Notes under the pieces: model-generated
Told to the model about the DNA's origin: nothing
The model's input: the letters and a program-made list of their open reading frames with translations, nothing else
Databases searched by the model: none
Made by a program: the position numbers and the translations under genes
DNA from: Geosiphon pyriformis uo1
Taxonomy: Eukaryota; Fungi; Glomeromycota
Direction of reading: 5' to 3'
NCBI GenBank assembly: GCA_016748015.1
Contig: JAAOMT010000197.1
Span: forward strand, 158,388 to 222,387
Length of the DNA stretch: 64,000 nt
Shown: piece by piece, positions 60,618 to 64,000 of the stretch
Layout: the number at the start of each line of letters is the position of its first letter
How positions within the stretch are numbered: the first letter of the stretch is position 1

Positions 60618-62015
60618 TTAAAGAGCTGAGGCTCCAGTGATAATGTCAACTGTTTGAGAAAAAATATTAATATCCTGAAGCTGAGGAAATGAGAAAATTT
60701 TAAGATTTGGAACAATAAACGAACCCAATTCATTTGTAATCGCTGCCTGCCGTCCACGATTATATGTCAAAGTGAGTTTTTCAATCATTTCTCCAGCATT
60801 CTTGGTTGCATTTTCCATAGCGGTACGCTTAGATGACATTTCCGAAGCATGACCTTCAACAAGACCCCAATAGACAGAGTTTGCAACCGCAAATTCTTGA
60901 AGATGTCCTAATACTTCATCTTCAACCTCATAAGCCGCAAAATTGCCTGCCATTAACAATTTCACTTCATTAGCAAATTATCCTGTCCTAAGAAAGCCCA
61001 AGATGTGTGAATATTTTTTACCAGACTTTGCGAAAAGCTCTTCCGAGAAAACTGGAATTTGTTGGGGCTCATAAGCAATAACCGATTTAAAATGATTATA
61101 CACAATGAAAGATTGATCAAACTCTATTTTTTCCTTTAAAATTGTATCTGCGATAACAGAAGCTTCTGCATAGGTTGGAATTCCCTTGCCAATTTGATTG
61201 AACGAAAGCTTTATGCTCTCCCGATGTGTACGAGCTAATTGACTTTTAGCTTTATCGCCAAGAACAACAAGCCCAGTCTCTCTCCTTTCTTCAACTAACT
61301 TGCGGGAAGCCTTAGCCACGCTACTATGAATACCACCACACAGACCGCGATCAGAGGAAACTACAATAATAAGAGTTTTTGCATCAACCTCGGGTTTTGT
61401 ATCAGCATTTTTGAAGAGAGCTAAATTTAAGAGTATATAATTAATTAAAATCGCAGGAAAATAGAATAAATTTTAAAAAGATGTATTTATTCTGTTGCCT
61501 GCTTGAGTATTGCCAAAGTTGCGAGCATTTTCCATAGCTTTCTGAGCACTTTGAAAGGTTCAAATGTAAGTGATTGATTATAAATATCCGAGGCGCGATT
61601 AATCACTATTTCAGCTAATATTGAATAAAAAATTTTACCGCGTCATTTTTGTTGAGGCAATCATCTTCATGGATTTTGTGATCTGTACAATTTATAAATT
61701 TCGTGAGCATTTAAACCAAGAACCAAAATGTATAAAGAAAATGATTCCAATAAGATTTTACCTTGGCAATACTGTTAACAGACTTCAAACGAAGTTGAAC
61801 TTTGAATAGAGATGTTTGATGAATATCTCAGAAAATTTAATCAATGTTGTCTGACGACTTACTTTCTTTTAATGTTGCATAATTTCGAGTCCGACACTGA
61901 AGACTTCAATATTATAAGAATAAAATTTAACTGTTTAAAGTCCTTACAAAGCATCACATACATACCTATGAGTGGCACATGCCACGGCCAAGCGGCCCGT
62001 ACGAAAAGAATACAT
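60618..62015 (-). CDS. ATP3: Mitochondrial F1 ATP synthase gamma subunit, multi-exon
   Basis: Presequence MYSFRTGRLAVA, RNYATLKE, ITKSMKMIAST, SSDRGLCGGIHS, SEMSSKRTAMENATKNAGEMI, RQAAITNEL, IITGASAL*. Confidence 0.96.
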
Positions 62016-62208
62016 AGCAGATATCTACAAGGTAAAAGAGTGTTGAGATGCGAAGCTGCTAAAGCTAGACGATCTTGTAGACTTGGTTTAAATAATTTTA
62101 TGATCTCACGTGTCAAAATAATGACATCACCATATTTTGCAGAATAAAATTTTTGAACCTTTAATCAATCGCTATTTCTCTCCTTGCTCGATTCTAAATT
62201 CATAGACC

Positions 62209-63362
62209 ATGGGTAGAGTAAGTGTTCTGGAAAAGTTTTTGATTTAAAAAAGCTATTATTTTGCTTGGTTTTAGACTAGAAAAATTAAATGTAATAGATA
62301 TTTTGGCATTGAGAAACGCAATATTTCCGGATATCCAAAAATATTTAGAGCTATAATATATGCCTGCTCATCTCTTGAATCCCTGCTTTACAGTTACACG
62401 AATATCAGGTGGTTGGGCGAAAGCTCCCAAGCGCAAAAGTGCCAGTGCCTCGACTTTACCGAATGAGACTTTTCGCTCCAAATGAGGTGGTTGCAAAAAG
62501 TCGCTTTTGGTATTTTCTAAAGAAGCTCAAGAAAGTAAAAAAGGCCGCTGGTGAACTTGTTTCTATTAATGAGGTGATTTACTTTTTCTAAAAAAAATTC
62601 ATTTGATCCATTTCAAATAACCCAGCGCAAAAATCCAACATCCTTAATTCCTATTGAATAAATCGAGAGACTTTGACGATCTTGACTTCTCCAATATTCA
62701 GCGACCTTTTGAGAAATAAAATTTTGTTCCATTTAAGTCAAGTAAAAATTTTTGACTCAGCAATTTGTTCAATTAATCTCTATCACAGATTTTCGAAAAG
62801 AGGCCACTGCAAATTAAGAATTACGGTATTTGGCTCCGTTACGATTCCAGATCGGGAACGCATAATATGTACAAAGAATATAGAGAGCTGACAAGGTTAG
62901 CAATTAGATTTTTTTGAAAACCACCACTTAATTTTGCTACTAATATTAACTTTTGGTCGAAATTTCATAAATACCGAAGAACTGATGCAGTCGAAGCATG
63001 CTGTTAGTATTTTCAATTGAGAAGCAAATTATTTTTCAAAGCTACAAACTTCACTTATAGATTTTTTGATATCCAAATCTTTTTAAACTTACAGATCAAG
63101 ATATGTCTTCCCGTCACCGTGCTCGATTTTCATCTATTCAAATTATCCGTGTTGGTGAATTGAAGACGGCAACGGTAAGTTTATTTGCAAATTTGAAAAA
63201 TTTTGCTTGAGCTCCAACTAAAATATCTATTTTAAATTTTAGGTCCGTCGCCCTTATATTAAACAACTTCTGACTCCTGCTCTCAAATTCCCTCTTCCAC
63301 ATCGTGTTGCGCGTGGGACTAAATCCACATTCTTGGGAAAACGTCCTTCAACCTTTTATTAA
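62209..63362 (+). CDS. RPL20: 60S ribosomal protein eL20 (L20/L18a), multi-exon
   Basis: MGR|[30 protein letters not shown]; [22 protein letters not shown]; [11 protein letters not shown]; KFPLPHR; RPSTFY*. Confidence 0.96.
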
Positions 63363-64000
63363 TTTTTTTTATCATCAATAAATGATTATCGCGCTATGAG
63401 GTAACAAAAATACATAAGATAACGGTTATCATATGAGATGGTCAAATAAAATCTTGGTGGCTTGTCCTACTTGGAACGTAATATATATGGGCAAAATTCT
63501 ATTTTTATTTAAATATCAACTTTATCATACAAAATTTATACAAAAAAGAGAAACAAAGATCAAGCTGTGAAAGGCCAAAAAGGAAAACATTAAGGAAAGA
63601 TAAAGTTCATTTTGAAAGAATGACCAAAGGCAACTGATCTATGGTCTACTTTTGGGGATGGTTTTTATGCAATTAAATTCCTCGTTACTCGCCTGGTATT
63701 TCAAAATAATGTCGGAATATGCTTTCGTTTTTCAAAGATTCCTTCTCTACGATCACATAATACACATGAAGTAACAATTTGGGGAATCGGGAGGTGAAAT
63801 AAAACAGGAAACCTCCGGGAACCTCACCCAAAGATTTTTTCACGTGCTCGGGAAGATCTTGATAGTGATGTTTCTACCAAAGGAAGACAGCCGAATTAAT
63901 TTTCAAAGATCTTTTCTATACACTTATAAAGATTTTCTGATTGACAAACCTTGTTTCTTAGGGCTCGCAATAAATCTCGAACCCTAGACCCATCATATTT

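Noticed and set aside
63540-64000. snoRNA or additional gene at the window end
   Set aside because: Only weak box C/D-like words and no recognisable ORF; cannot be supported.

Overview
Eukaryotic, intron-rich fungal DNA. The TE families and gene style resemble Glomeromycota (Geosiphon/AMF-like); this is my recollection, not a search result. Bases 1 to ~55,300 form a nested, CpG-depleted transposon block containing: several dUTPase-carrying Ty3/Gypsy-type LTR retrotransposons (A, B, D, E/F), a solo LTR (C), partial LTRs, two full-length RNase H-containing LINEs lying tail-to-tail, and very AT-rich relics of older copies. Five N-gaps interrupt it. From ~55,900 to the end is a compact CpG-rich gene island: an eIF4E-family gene, cytochrome c, a three-HMG-box gene, ATP synthase gamma and ribosomal protein eL20. 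The best candidate for a new system is the LTR clade. Every readable insertion flank is a 4-bp CpG-centred site (NCGT or its deamination products). The LTRs carry a conserved anti-PBS hairpin plus extra tRNA-Met-complementary boxes. Pol has a Cys-rich domain and a dUTPase between PR and RT. A conserved unknown ORF3 occupies the env position.
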